A DNA stretch of 64,000 bases from Nitrospirota bacterium (GTDB lineage Bacteria > Nitrospirota > UBA9217): contig DATJAP010000044.1 in assembly GCA_035516155.1 (NCBI GenBank), forward strand, positions 11,932 through 75,931, written 5' to 3'. Under the pieces are notes generated by a model. It did no database searches, had not been told where the DNA came from, and saw nothing but the letters and a program-made list of their open reading frames with translations. The position numbers were made by a program, and so were the translations under genes. Every line of letters begins with the position of its first letter. Within the stretch, counting starts at the first letter, position 1. This document shows, piece by piece, positions 29,680 to 39,860 of this stretch.

Positions 29680-30336
29680 TTATGGTCTGCCGATTTTTGA
29701 TCTCAACAATTCATCAATCAGTCGGCGAAGCTTATTCTGAATCACCTCAGGATTCGGTAACGCATTGACGATGCGGAATCGGTCCGGCTCTTGCCTCGCC
29801 AGATCAAGATAACCTTGCCGCACCCGCTCATGAAATGAAAGGTGCTCATTCTCGAAGCGAGCTTCGGCCTCCAGCCCCCCGCGGCTGTTTCTCCCGCGTG
29901 CCCGGTCAAGCCCTGTTGCCGCGTCGATATCAAGGAGAATGGTCAGGTCAGGCCGAATGCCGTCCGTCACAATCCTATCCAAAGAACGGATCAATCCGAG
30001 ATCGAGCCCGCGCCCGTACCCTTGGTATGCCAGCGTTGCGTCCGAGAATCGGTCACAGAGCACAATCCGTCCGGCTGCGCGTTCAGGAGCGATAAGCTCC
30101 GCCAGGTGCTGCGCCCTGCCGGCAGCATAGAGCAGTAATTCCGCCCTAGGATTAAGAGATGTATTCTCCGGATTGAGCAGAATTTTTCGTACCTGGTCGC
30201 CAATCGACGTTCCGCCGGGCTCGCGGGTGAGCGTAACGGCTTTACCGTGCGCGGTGAGGTAATTCGCGAGTAATACGATCTGTGTGGACTTGCCGGAGCC
30301 TTCGATTCCCTCGAAGGTTATGAAGGGACCCATCAT
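29680..30336 (-). CDS. tmk: Thymidylate kinase
   Basis: FITFEGIEGSGKSTQ P-loop, REPGGT, DRF motif. 218 aa. Confidence 0.95.
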   Translation of the reverse strand: MMGPFITFEGIEGSGKSTQIVLLANYLTAHGKAVTLTREPGGTSIGDQVRKILLNPENTSLNPRAELLLYAAGRAQHLAELIAPERAAGRIVLCDRFSDATLAYQGYGRGLDLGLIRSLDRIVTDGIRPDLTILLDIDAATGLDRARGRNSRGGLEAEARFENEHLSFHERVRQGYLDLARQEPDRFRIVNALPNPEVIQNKLRRLIDELLRSKIGRP

Positions 30337-32232
30337 CTATTTGAGCTCCGCGACGACGTCATCCGCCGCCCTGAGCGAGGCATTCGATGTGAAGAAGAGC
30401 ACCTGGGTTTTCGCACCGAGCGCGCGCAGTATCTGGCATGCCGCCTGCTGCCGTGCAGGATCAAAACCGGCAAGCGCATCGTCCAAAACAAAGGAAAGTC
30501 GCAGTTTCCCCGCCAGCGCCTCTACCAATCCGGCTCTGAAGCAGAAATATACGAGCGCCTTCGTGCCATGGCTGAGATCGTCGACTTTTAAGACTGAATC
30601 ATCCTTCGCATGCACGACCATCGGGCCATTATGGTCGAGTTCAACCCGCACATACCTGCCGCCCGTGACGGCTGACAAATTTCTCTGCGTTGCTGCTTCG
30701 ACTGCAGCCAATAGCGTATCCATTTCAATGCCACTGATCCTGCTGGCAATATCCAATTCGGCAACCCCGTCTGATGGTACGGAGGGCGCTGCGTTAAATT
30801 CGGTCGGCAGGTCCACTTCCCCGCTCACGCCCGCCCATCCCGTCCCGGAAGACGATAACTCGGACTCCAGCCGTTCGATATCCTGCCTGATGCTATAAGT
30901 ATCCACGGCATAATGGGCAACAGCCCGCGCCGCCTCTTCCAGCCGGCGAACCTCATCCTGCTGTTTTTGGCTCTGCTGCCGCAGAGACTCAGGCGTCACG
31001 CCGCCGAGAATGCGTTGACGCACCTCCTCCTGGTCTTGAAGCAGTGACCGCAAATGGCGGTAATTCTCCGCTTTTTCCTTAAGCTCTCCCGTGGTCGCCG
31101 CTCCGATGGAACGCGTGTAGCCCGCGACAACAGCGCCGTCGTGCACGGCCTCTCGTTCCAACACAGTAAGTTCATTCTGGACGGTGTCCGCTTCCTTCTT
31201 CACGGCCTTGAATTGCGCGTTTTTTCGCGAACTGTTATACCAGGAAGTGGCCATGAGTATCAGTGAAAGAAATATCCCGATCGGGAACAGGTATGCATAG
31301 GCAGCAGTCAGGATGTACAATCCGACCACCAGTGACAGGATACCGAGAACCGCTCCGAGAAGAAACAACTTATTCGTTGCGAAATTGGACATCGGGATGC
31401 TTGACAGCTGAATGTTTAGCCCTTCAAGCTCCCTGCGAAGGTCCTCTGCATCGGCCCTCTTCTGTCCCTGGTGACGCTCGTGCTCCTCAAGCACCTCATT
31501 CAGATTCCCCGGAAGGGTTTCACACGCCTTGAGTTCTGCCAGGGAAGATTCGATCTCTGCGTTCTTTTTTTCGATCTCGTCAAGCGAGGCCAGTTTCTTA
31601 TTGATTTCTTCCTGGGCAAGTCTTGCCGACTGGTAGCGGTAGTCAGCATCCGCTGCATCCTCTGCTTTACGCAGGGTCTCGCGCAGCTCCGCAAGCCTTG
31701 TCTGGGCAGCGGAATCTTTCACCGCGGCCTCGGGCGCTGATTTGGGCAGCGAAGCCCGACTTGTTGCCGCAGCAGCCGGCGCTCCAGGCACGGAACGGTT
31801 GTGGAAATGTTCGCGCCGGAGCACGAACACCTTCCCATAATCCTCCTCCGGCACGTCGGAGATAAGACCTCTCATGAATTTTGTCGTGTTGTCCCAGTCC
31901 TTATGCACAAGGTTAAACTCTTTGGTGGCCGGATTATACTTCGAAAGGTTCACCGCGCTCTTCACAAAATCCTGGATCACGCGGTAGTATAAGCCGTCAC
32001 TGGAGCATACCACAAGGGCGCTCCGTGAAGCATCAGGCGTATATCTTGATATGAGAGTTTCCCCGGTCCTTGCCTGGTTGGAGGGGAAAAGCAGGCGCTG
32101 CAGCGTGTCGACAGCCGTGGTTTTTCCCGATTCATTGCCGGCAATGACTATGTTAAAACCGTTCTGGAATCTCAGGCGCGCTAGTTCACGGATTCCACGC
32201 ACGCCCTGTATCACAAGTTCCACAAGGAACAT
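30337..32232 (-). CDS. SMC/YhaN-like ABC-type ATPase with coiled coils and two internal TM helices
   Basis: Walker A GNESGKTT, signature-like LSHGTK, Walker B FVLDDALAGFD. Long heptad-rich middle interrupted by LFLLGAVLGILSLVVGLYILTA and YLFPIGIFLSLILMATSWY. Its stop codon abuts the tmk start codon. Confidence 0.7.
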   Translation of the reverse strand: MFLVELVIQGVRGIRELARLRFQNGFNIVIAGNESGKTTAVDTLQRLLFPSNQARTGETLISRYTPDASRSALVVCSSDGLYYRVIQDFVKSAVNLSKYNPATKEFNLVHKDWDNTTKFMRGLISDVPEEDYGKVFVLRREHFHNRSVPGAPAAAATSRASLPKSAPEAAVKDSAAQTRLAELRETLRKAEDAADADYRYQSARLAQEEINKKLASLDEIEKKNAEIESSLAELKACETLPGNLNEVLEEHERHQGQKRADAEDLRRELEGLNIQLSSIPMSNFATNKLFLLGAVLGILSLVVGLYILTAAYAYLFPIGIFLSLILMATSWYNSSRKNAQFKAVKKEADTVQNELTVLEREAVHDGAVVAGYTRSIGAATTGELKEKAENYRHLRSLLQDQEEVRQRILGGVTPESLRQQSQKQQDEVRRLEEAARAVAHYAVDTYSIRQDIERLESELSSSGTGWAGVSGEVDLPTEFNAAPSVPSDGVAELDIASRISGIEMDTLLAAVEAATQRNLSAVTGGRYVRVELDHNGPMVVHAKDDSVLKVDDLSHGTKALVYFCFRAGLVEALAGKLRLSFVLDDALAGFDPARQQAACQILRALGAKTQVLFFTSNASLRAADDVVAELK

Positions 32233-32313
32233 AGACCGTGCTCCTTTCTCTCATTAATGAAGCTTCTTAATATATCGCAAGTAGGCTAAAGATGCAACAG
32301 GGAAAAGCTCCGG

Positions 32314-33837
32314 CTACAGCATCGTAAGCGCTTTCTTGAGCGCCTCCGCCTTCTCGATCGTCTCCCGGTATTCCGCCTCGGGGTCGGAGTCGGCGACGAT
32401 CCCGGCACCGACCTGCAGGTACGCGATTCCATCCTTTACAACAAACGTCCGGATGATGATATTCATATCCATATCGCCAGTATTCGAAAAATAGCCGATG
32501 GACCCAGTATAGAGCCCGCGCGCAACCGGCTCAAGTTCGTCGATGATCTCCATACAGCGCACCTTCGGCACTCCCGTTATCGTGCCACCGGGGAAAACAG
32601 CGCGAACAAGGTCGAAAGCATCCTTCCCCGGTGCAAGTTTACCGCGAATATTCGAAACAATATGAATCACATGGGAATAGTTCTCGACGACCATGATTTC
32701 ATCGACGACAACCGAGCCGTAAGAGCACACTTTCCCGAGATCGTTCCGCTCCAGGTCCAGCAGCATAATATGCTCCGCGCGCTCCTTCTCGCTCGTCAAG
32801 AGCTCCGTGGAGAGCTCCCGCATTTCCGCCTGATCGCCGCCCCTGCGGCGAGTGCCCGCAATCGGTCGCGTGTCGGCAACCCCTTCGCGCAGCCGGATAA
32901 GCCGCTCCGGCGAGGAACTCACCAGCTGGAGATCTCCGAAATCTAGATAAGCGGCGAATGGTGACGGGTTGACGGTTCGCAGAATTTTGTACAAACTGAG
33001 CGTGTCGGTCCCGTCGATAGTCGTAGAGAATCGCTGGGACAAATTGGCCTGATAGATGTCTCCCGCCGAGATGTACTCTTTGCATCGGATGACCATGGCC
33101 TCAAATTCGGTCTGGCTCAGACCGGCGGAAAGAGCAAACTCCCTCCCCCTCGTAACCGGGTGCAGGGCGCCATCGCGACATGCAGCCGATTCCATCCGGA
33201 TGACGGTTGTTCTCAGTCTTTCCCTGGCTTCATCGAAAATCCGTTCCCACTGACCCGGTTCAGGCCGCCTGAAACCCAGCTCCTGCTCCCGCGCCCCTGG
33301 GTTCACGATCACCCAAGCCTTGTTCAGGACATGGTCAAAAGCGACCACGAGATCGACAAAAATGAAGCAGGCTTCGGGGACATCGACATCGGCTGCTGCC
33401 TGGCGAGGCAGCTTTTCAAACTGATGGGAAAAATCGTAGGAGAAGTATCCGACAGCACCACCAGTAAAAGGGGGCAAGCCAGGAATGCGAAAGGTCCGGT
33501 AATTACTAAGCAATTCGCGAAGTTTATCTAGTGGCTTTCGCTTCGTCGTGGCCCGACTACCGTATTTCCCTTCGGGAGTTTTCGGCAGAATAAGTTCTAC
33601 TGTGTCGCCACGGGATTTAAAAATCAGATAAGGATCGGCGGTTACGAACGAATATCTCCCGGTTTTCTCGTTAACACGCGCGCTTTCAAGCAGGACAGGA
33701 TAACCGTCATGGCGCAGAACTTCGAGTGCTATCAACGGTGTAAATCCCTGAACGCAGATTTCCGAGGCCAGGGGCATGATAACGCCCTGCCGGAGCTGCT
33801 CAAAAAATCCTTTTTTTGTGGGGTTTAGAATATCCAT
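32314..33837 (-). CDS. Chorismate-utilising enzyme, aminodeoxychorismate/anthranilate synthase component I family
   Basis: Chorismate-binding C-terminus: SSSPERLIR...IAGTRRRG...DLERNDLGKVC...FPGGTITGVPK...RGLYTGSIGY. PabB versus TrpE cannot be resolved by eye. Confidence 0.85.
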   Translation of the reverse strand: MDILNPTKKGFFEQLRQGVIMPLASEICVQGFTPLIALEVLRHDGYPVLLESARVNEKTGRYSFVTADPYLIFKSRGDTVELILPKTPEGKYGSRATTKRKPLDKLRELLSNYRTFRIPGLPPFTGGAVGYFSYDFSHQFEKLPRQAAADVDVPEACFIFVDLVVAFDHVLNKAWVIVNPGAREQELGFRRPEPGQWERIFDEARERLRTTVIRMESAACRDGALHPVTRGREFALSAGLSQTEFEAMVIRCKEYISAGDIYQANLSQRFSTTIDGTDTLSLYKILRTVNPSPFAAYLDFGDLQLVSSSPERLIRLREGVADTRPIAGTRRRGGDQAEMRELSTELLTSEKERAEHIMLLDLERNDLGKVCSYGSVVVDEIMVVENYSHVIHIVSNIRGKLAPGKDAFDLVRAVFPGGTITGVPKVRCMEIIDELEPVARGLYTGSIGYFSNTGDMDMNIIIRTFVVKDGIAYLQVGAGIVADSDPEAEYRETIEKAEALKKALTML

Positions 33838-33986
33838 GCGTAACCTGCGAAATTGTAAAGATAATTCAACGGTTGGTCAAGACAATTCTGGGAGAATAAT
33901 CCAGCAAACGTACCGAGAATATGGTATATTATTAGTAAGAGATTAGGCACTCGTAAACGTTCTTTGAAGATATGAAGAATTCAGAT

Positions 33987-34309
33987 GGCGTTGCCGAACC
34001 AGCACCGATAGGTGTACAGATGATAACCCGTTATAAAGGGGATCAGGCACCGGAAATGATGGAGCGCCGAAGCCGGAGAGAGGACAGCAAGTTGGGCGGT
34101 CAGACTCCCGGTTGATTCACAGGCATCCACAGGAAGGAAGAGCCGAAGACCCTAAGGTGCGGGCGTACACGGGAAGAGGCGAGGAGTCATTTACACACAC
34201 GACGCTTCATAGGGTCTGCAAAGCGGAGCCGCAGAAGCAGGATGTACTTCCCGCAGTAGACGCAGCTCAACGGAATATCAAGACCGGTTCGGGGGCAACG
34301 CCTTTTTTT
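33987..34309 (+). ncRNA. Candidate structured RNA (or MITE-like element) closed by a long-range helix and T-tract; class unknown
   Basis: GGCGTTGCCGAACC (33987-34000) pairs with GGTTC-GGG-GGCAACGCC (34286-34302), giving 14 bp with a 3-nt bulge, followed by TTTTTTT (34303-34309). Internal pairings include CGGGAAG/CTTCCCG and CTGC/GCAG. No credible ORF. Confidence 0.3.
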
Positions 34310-34578
34310 ATGGCCTTTTTCATCACAAGGTTTTCCTCTCGGTAATATATTTATTTCCCAATACTATACTAGATCGTAATCGTAAATAAACGTTAATCCG
34401 ACTTGTTCAGAAGCACATAGCTGAAGCTTGGCTATTGTGCAACATTTAATAACTCCCTAAGACAATCCAGAAATATACTTATATCCACATCTTCCCCTCG
34501 ACAAAAAGCCAATTTTATTTTAAACTGATCCCGTTTCTTGAACTCGCGATTTGATGACCTGCCCAAAGGGAGTTTGCC

Positions 34579-34971
34579 ATGAACCATACCATGGACGTTC
34601 ATATCTACTATGAGGACACGGACTGCGGCGGAGTTGTCTATTATGCTAACTATCTGCGTTACATGGAACGGGCGCGCACAGAGTATCTAGCGTCGAGGGG
34701 GTACTCGGTCAAAAAACTCATGGACGAAGGCACGATCTTCATGGTGCTCCGGGTTGAGATCGATTACAAGTCCCCTGCGCGATATGGCGACATCATCGAA
34801 ATCGAGACTTGGGTAAGGGATGTGACCCGGGTGACAATGATGTTCGAGCATATCATGCGGGAGAAAACATCAGGCCGAGTCTTTGTGGAATGCCGCGCAA
34901 AGGTTGTGTGTGTCGACAAGAATGGCAGGCCAAAGCGCTTGCCTGACGACTACGTAGAAAAAATGAGATGA
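34579..34971 (+). CDS. YbgC/FadM-type acyl-CoA thioesterase (4HBT fold)
   Basis: VHIYYEDTDCGGVVYYANYLRYMERARTEYL is the typical hotdog thioesterase N-terminus. 130 aa. Confidence 0.85.
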   Translation: MNHTMDVHIYYEDTDCGGVVYYANYLRYMERARTEYLASRGYSVKKLMDEGTIFMVLRVEIDYKSPARYGDIIEIETWVRDVTRVTMMFEHIMREKTSGRVFVECRAKVVCVDKNGRPKRLPDDYVEKMR

Positions 34972-35708
34972 ACTCCTTTACCCACGACCAAATCGCGCTT
35001 CGCGGGGCAGGCATGGTGAATATTACACAGCCTGAAAAAGGCGCCCGCTTCACGCTGGACAGTCTCCTTCTCGCCGACTTCTGCCGCTTCAAACCCCGGG
35101 ACGCCATTCTGGAACCGGGATCGGGTACGGGAGTCATATCTCTCCTTCTCGCAAAAAAGTACCCGCGCGCATCCGTTGTTTCCGTCGAGGTGCAGGCCAC
35201 TGTTGCCAAGCTTTGTTCCCAAAATATAGCGGATAATGGCCTCGACGGCCGCATTGTATTGCTCAACCAGGACATCAGGGAAATTCATCGTTCCCTGAAG
35301 CCCGCCTCCTTTGATGCTATTGTTGCCAATCCGCCCTATTCACGGATAGGAACCGGTAGACAGAGCCCTGTTCAGGATCGGTCGACGTCACGTCATGACC
35401 GGTTGGGGACGATACAAGCCTGGTTAGACCTTCGGATTTTTCTCAGGAACAGAGGCCGCTATTTCCTCGTCTTCCCCGCTGGCCGTACAGCGGAAATTCT
35501 TTCGTTGCTGCGAGCGGGAAAACTGGAGCCCAAGCGCATTCGGTTCGTCCATACGCGGCAGGATAATCCAGCTTTGCTTATCTTGATCGAAGCAATGAAG
35601 TCAGCAGGCCCCGGCCTTGAAGTCCTTGCGCCGCTCATTGTGCATGAAGCCGGAGGCTTTTCCCCGGAAATGCGGCAAATCTACGATGCTGAACTCTCCC
35701 ACCACTAA
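34968..35708 (+). CDS. N6-adenine methyltransferase, YfiC/TrmN6-like (methyltransferase small domain)
   Basis: LEPGSGTGV SAM motif and VANPPYS (NPPY) catalytic motif. 4-nt overlap with the thioesterase gene. Confidence 0.8.
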   Translation: MNSFTHDQIALRGAGMVNITQPEKGARFTLDSLLLADFCRFKPRDAILEPGSGTGVISLLLAKKYPRASVVSVEVQATVAKLCSQNIADNGLDGRIVLLNQDIREIHRSLKPASFDAIVANPPYSRIGTGRQSPVQDRSTSRHDRLGTIQAWLDLRIFLRNRGRYFLVFPAGRTAEILSLLRAGKLEPKRIRFVHTRQDNPALLILIEAMKSAGPGLEVLAPLIVHEAGGFSPEMRQIYDAELSHH

Positions 35709-35988
35709 ATCACTTGCTCAATTGTAGTGGGGGTTTCACAATTCTCGACGGTTGCGTTCTGAAGACTTTCGTCCTTAACCCATCTTACTATCATTTCCCT
35801 GTGCATCACTTCGTCCGGTTCCTTGGGAAACCCCGTCCGCTTGACCCCTTCTGGCGTTTCAGGTCCGCCGCATCTTCCCGACGAACTGTGATATAGTTAT
35901 AATAGACCATAAAAAGAGGCTTTTTCACCGTTCTGAGATGAAATATCTCGGGAGCCAGTCGAAATGCAATATCGGGTGGAGGTTCTCA

Positions 35989-37194
35989 ATGGCCGGCGCA
36001 GCATATACTTATATAATAATCGGATCAGGATTGGCTGGAGTATCTGCCATGGACGGCATCCGGGAGCGGGACAATAAGGGTGGCATCCTGCTCATCGGCG
36101 CAGAAAAACACCTTCCCTATGACCGACCGCCGCTTTCGAAAAAGCTCTGGTTTGGCAAAAAGAAAGTCGAAGAAATCTTTCTTCATGATCAGAGTTATTA
36201 CGACCGTAAGGATGTCACCCTGGCATCAGGCGTCTCAGTGACCTCGATTGATGCGAAGCAGAAATCCATTACGACAAACAAGGGGAACACCTACTACTAT
36301 CAAAAGCTCCTCCTCGCAACCGGCGGCGTGCCCCGGACCATGAACCTGCCGGGAGGCGACTTGGAAGGCATTTTTTATTTCCGTACGCTCGACGATTATC
36401 TGAGATTGCGGCAGGAGTCATCAGAAGGGAAAACTGCCGTTGTCGTCGGCGGCGGCTTCATCGGTTCGGAACTCGCCGCGGCTCTGACAATTAACAGAGT
36501 AAAGGTGACCATGATTTACCCTGAGCCCGTCCTCGTCAGCCGGGTCTTCCCCGGGTACCTGGGCAAGGCGATTCGGGACGATTACCTTAACCGGGGAGTA
36601 ACACTTCTGGCAGGAGAAAAGCCCGCTTCATTCAGCAAAAAAGGAAACGAGTTTATTACCCGCACCGAAAGCGGGAAGGAGATCACATCAGATATGGTGG
36701 TTGTGGGCATCGGGATAGTGCTTTCCCTTGATTTGCCTCGGAAGGCCGGCTTGCAGACAGCCAATGGAATTATTGTAGATGAATATCTTCAGACATCGCT
36801 CCCTGATATTTATGCAGCGGGGGACAATGCGTTCTTTCCCTACCGGGCCCTGGGGAAACAAATGCGCGTTGAGCACTGGGACAATGCCCTCAACCAGGGA
36901 AAGTGGGCAGGACGAAACATGGCCGGCGCCGGGATGCCTTATACGTACATGCCCTACTTTTTCTCGGACCTATTCGATTTCGGATACGAGGCCGTCGGGG
37001 AGGTAGACTCACAGCTTGAAACCTTCGCAGACTGGCAGAAGGAAAACGAGAAGGGGGTGATTTACTACCTCAGGGACGGCAAGGTCAGGGGCGCGATAAT
37101 GTGCAATGTCTGGGATAAAGTCGACGCTGCGCGCACGCTGATCCAAGCTGATCAACGCGTAACAAAGAAGAGTCTGCGTGGAATGATTGGGTAA
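35989..37194 (+). CDS. NAD(P)/FAD-dependent pyridine-nucleotide-disulfide oxidoreductase (AIF/ferredoxin-reductase-like)
   Basis: The start is set at MAGAAYTYIIIGSGLAGVSA (GGAGG 7 nt upstream). A second Rossmann motif VVVGGGFIGSELAA, and AAGD. Confidence 0.85.
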   Translation: MAGAAYTYIIIGSGLAGVSAMDGIRERDNKGGILLIGAEKHLPYDRPPLSKKLWFGKKKVEEIFLHDQSYYDRKDVTLASGVSVTSIDAKQKSITTNKGNTYYYQKLLLATGGVPRTMNLPGGDLEGIFYFRTLDDYLRLRQESSEGKTAVVVGGGFIGSELAAALTINRVKVTMIYPEPVLVSRVFPGYLGKAIRDDYLNRGVTLLAGEKPASFSKKGNEFITRTESGKEITSDMVVVGIGIVLSLDLPRKAGLQTANGIIVDEYLQTSLPDIYAAGDNAFFPYRALGKQMRVEHWDNALNQGKWAGRNMAGAGMPYTYMPYFFSDLFDFGYEAVGEVDSQLETFADWQKENEKGVIYYLRDGKVRGAIMCNVWDKVDAARTLIQADQRVTKKSLRGMIG

Positions 37195-37298
37195 AACAAG
37201 AACTACCGACGAGCGCTTTAATATGCCGTGAACTATATCCGCGACATTGATCATTCGTCGTCGGCGGATCGCGGTGATATCGATCTGAGGAGGCTACC

Positions 37299-37646
37299 AT
37301 GAAACTGGCATTGCAAACGGCAAAACCCATAACAAAAAGCACCCCTCCCCTTTCACGGCAGGACGTTGTGCTGCTCCTTCGTGAAATCCCCGAGTGGTCG
37401 CTGGGTGAACAGACAATCGGAAGGCAATTTCTCTTCAAGGATTTCCGGACCGCCATGGACTTCGTGAATGGCGTCGCCCTGATTGCGAACAAGCAGGACC
37501 ATCACCCCGATATGTTCATTTCCTACAACAAGGTACAGCTGACCCTGTCGACGCATAATATCGGCGGTTTGACACTGAACGATTTTATCGTGGCTGCGAA
37601 GATAGACGCTCTTGCAAACCAGCCACGAATCAGGAAGGCCGCGTGA
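37299..37646 (+). CDS. 4a-hydroxytetrahydrobiopterin (pterin-4a-carbinolamine) dehydratase
   Basis: FKDFRTAMDFVNGVALIANKQDHHPD...LSTH is the PCD signature. GAGGAGG RBS. Confidence 0.9.
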   Translation: MKLALQTAKPITKSTPPLSRQDVVLLLREIPEWSLGEQTIGRQFLFKDFRTAMDFVNGVALIANKQDHHPDMFISYNKVQLTLSTHNIGGLTLNDFIVAAKIDALANQPRIRKAA

Positions 37647-38431
37647 CAAGCCATATCACGGACCGAAGCGTTCCTAAGCCGCTGGAGGGCAAAATCGCGC
37701 TGATTACCGGCGCAAGCAAGCGCATCGGCCGCGCAATCGCGATCGCGCTTGCTGAAGAGGGAGTGGGCATCGTGGCTCATGACCGAAGCGCCCTGGAGGG
37801 GGAGATTGTGAAGGTCTGTGATGAAGTGGCAGGGTGCGGCGCGAAGTCGTGGAAAATCATCGCAGATCTGGAGAAAAAGGAGGACTATGAGTCGCTCATT
37901 TCACGGTCGATCCAGACAGCGGGATCGCTTGAAATCCTCATCAACAACGCATCCATCTTCTTTCCCAGTACCATTGCGGACGTAGGCTTCAGGGACATTA
38001 CGCGGCACGTGCAGGTGAACGCTTGGACGCCTTTTGTCCTTTGCCGCGAATTCGCCAGGCTCGGGGGCCGCGGAAAGATCATAAACCTGCTTGATACAAG
38101 GATTGCCGGCTACGACCGGGAGCACGTAGCATACATCCTAAGCAAACGGATGCTCGCAACAATGACCAGAATGTGCGCCCTAGAATACGCACCAGCGATT
38201 ACGGTGAATGGCGTAGCGCCCGGTTTGATCCTCCCCCCTGCGGGAAAAGACGAGGACTATCTTGCGCGACTTGCACAAACCATGCCGCTCAGGAGGCACG
38301 GGGAGCCCGGTGATGTCACGGGCGCAGTGCTCTATCTACTCGGAAGCGACTATATCACCGGCCAGATAATCTATGTCGACGGCGGCCAACATCTTCTGGA
38401 GGACGGCAATGGACAGGATTCTAATTGGTGA
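37643..38431 (+). CDS. SDR-family oxidoreductase (pteridine-reductase/FolM-like by context)
   Basis: TGASKRIGRAIA cofactor motif, NNAS, YxxxK (YILSK). GTG start overlaps the PCD stop. Confidence 0.8.
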   Translation: MTSHITDRSVPKPLEGKIALITGASKRIGRAIAIALAEEGVGIVAHDRSALEGEIVKVCDEVAGCGAKSWKIIADLEKKEDYESLISRSIQTAGSLEILINNASIFFPSTIADVGFRDITRHVQVNAWTPFVLCREFARLGGRGKIINLLDTRIAGYDREHVAYILSKRMLATMTRMCALEYAPAITVNGVAPGLILPPAGKDEDYLARLAQTMPLRRHGEPGDVTGAVLYLLGSDYITGQIIYVDGGQHLLEDGNGQDSNW

Positions 38432-38774
38432 TCTTCTGGTGCGGTGTATTATCGGCGTGGGCGAGGAAGAACGGCGCGAACGACAGGATGTCGTGATCAA
38501 CCTGTCCCTGGCAACGGACTTGAGCAGAGCAGGGAGAAGCGATAATTTCAATGACGCTGTAGACTACCGCGACCTGAAAAAGCAGATCGTAAATATGGCC
38601 GAACAATCGACCTATCACCTTGTGGAGGCCCTGGCCGAGGCGGTTGCAGATATGTGCCTCGTCCATCCGGCCATATCGCAGGTCCAGGTCCGTGTGGATA
38701 AACCCGGAGCCCTGCGATTCGCCAGAAGCGTGGGTGTGGAAATCACGCGGGACCAGCGGAAGAAGGAGCCATGA
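38409..38774 (+). CDS. folB: Dihydroneopterin aldolase
   Basis: MDRILIGDLLVRCIIGVGEEERRERQDVVINLSL...VDYRDL...LVEALAE is a FolB pattern. Confidence 0.85.
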   Translation: MDRILIGDLLVRCIIGVGEEERRERQDVVINLSLATDLSRAGRSDNFNDAVDYRDLKKQIVNMAEQSTYHLVEALAEAVADMCLVHPAISQVQVRVDKPGALRFARSVGVEITRDQRKKEP

Positions 38775-39334
38775 CCCGGGCGTTCATAGGCGTAGGGTCC
38801 AATATCGAGCCTGCGAAAAACACCGAAAAGGCGATCCGCATGCTTGCCCGTGAAACACAGGTAGTCGGCGTATCGATGGTGTATCTCACTGAAGCCGAAG
38901 GCAGAACCGGGCAGCCGCCCTATTATAATTGCGTGGTCGAAATCGAAACGGATTTGCCGCCAGCCGAATTGAAGCATCGGATCCTCCGCGGTATTGAGGC
39001 AATGCTTGGACGTATCCGAACCGAAGACAAATACGCTGACAGAACGATCGATCTCGATCTGCTTCTCTATGATGATCTTGCTATGGCATCCGGCGATCTT
39101 ACGCTCCCAGACCCGGATATCGTTCGCAGGCCGTTTTTAGCGGTCCCGCTGCGGGAGCTAATCCCGGGATCGACCCTGCCGGGAACCGGTCTCTGCATCG
39201 ACGACATTGCCGCGAGCCTCGCGGGAAACCCGATGAAACCGCTCGCAAACTACACCGAACAAATCCGAAAGGACATTCTCCATGATCGAAAACAGGGAAC
39301 GGGTCGAGACACTAGTACGAGAGCTGCTCGTTGA
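38771..39334 (+). CDS. folK: 6-hydroxymethyl-dihydropterin pyrophosphokinase
   Basis: [11 protein letters not shown]...YYN...[12 protein letters not shown]...LTLPDPDI...RPF. ATGA overlap with folB. Confidence 0.9.
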   Translation: MTRAFIGVGSNIEPAKNTEKAIRMLARETQVVGVSMVYLTEAEGRTGQPPYYNCVVEIETDLPPAELKHRILRGIEAMLGRIRTEDKYADRTIDLDLLLYDDLAMASGDLTLPDPDIVRRPFLAVPLRELIPGSTLPGTGLCIDDIAASLAGNPMKPLANYTEQIRKDILHDRKQGTGRDTSTRAAR

Positions 39335-39860
39335 ACTGGGCGAGGACCCCGGGAGAGAAGGCCTGGTCAAAACGCCCAAGCGCGTAGCCGAAGCCCTCGC
39401 CTATCTGACGTCTGGGTATCACGCGGATGTCCAGCGGCTGATCAACGAAGCCATATTCGAGCAGGAAACGACCAGCATGGTCGTGGTTAAGGATATCGAG
39501 GTTTACAGCCTCTGCGAGCATCACATGCTGCCGTTCTACGGGCGCTGCCATATCGGCTACATCCCACGGGGGCGCGTGTTCGGTATCAGCAAGCTGGCCC
39601 GTCTTGTCGACATGTATGCCCGACGACTCCAGATCCAGGAGCGGCTGACTGAACAGATTGCCTACGCTATCAAGGATTCCATTAATGCCGACGGCGTCGG
39701 CGTCATGATTGAGGCGCGCCACCTCTGCATGATGATGCGGGGTGTCGAAAAACAGAATTCGATGTTCGTAACCTCGTCGGTGCTCGGCGTTTTTCGTTCC
39801 AATCCGGCCACGAGGGAGGAATTCCTGTCGATCATCAACAGGCCAAGGACGGACATTTGA
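39282..39860 (+). CDS. folE: GTP cyclohydrolase I
   Basis: [20 protein letters not shown]...[10 protein letters not shown]...RLQIQERLT...HLCMMMRGV. Confidence 0.95.
   Translation: MIENRERVETLVRELLVELGEDPGREGLVKTPKRVAEALAYLTSGYHADVQRLINEAIFEQETTSMVVVKDIEVYSLCEHHMLPFYGRCHIGYIPRGRVFGISKLARLVDMYARRLQIQERLTEQIAYAIKDSINADGVGVMIEARHLCMMMRGVEKQNSMFVTSSVLGVFRSNPATREEFLSIINRPRTDI

Noticed and set aside
34131-34148. AGGAAGGAAGAGCCGAAG resembling the SRP RNA domain IV motif
   Set aside because: The flanking sequence cannot form the GNAR tetraloop helix, and the conserved AGCA/CAGG loops are absent.
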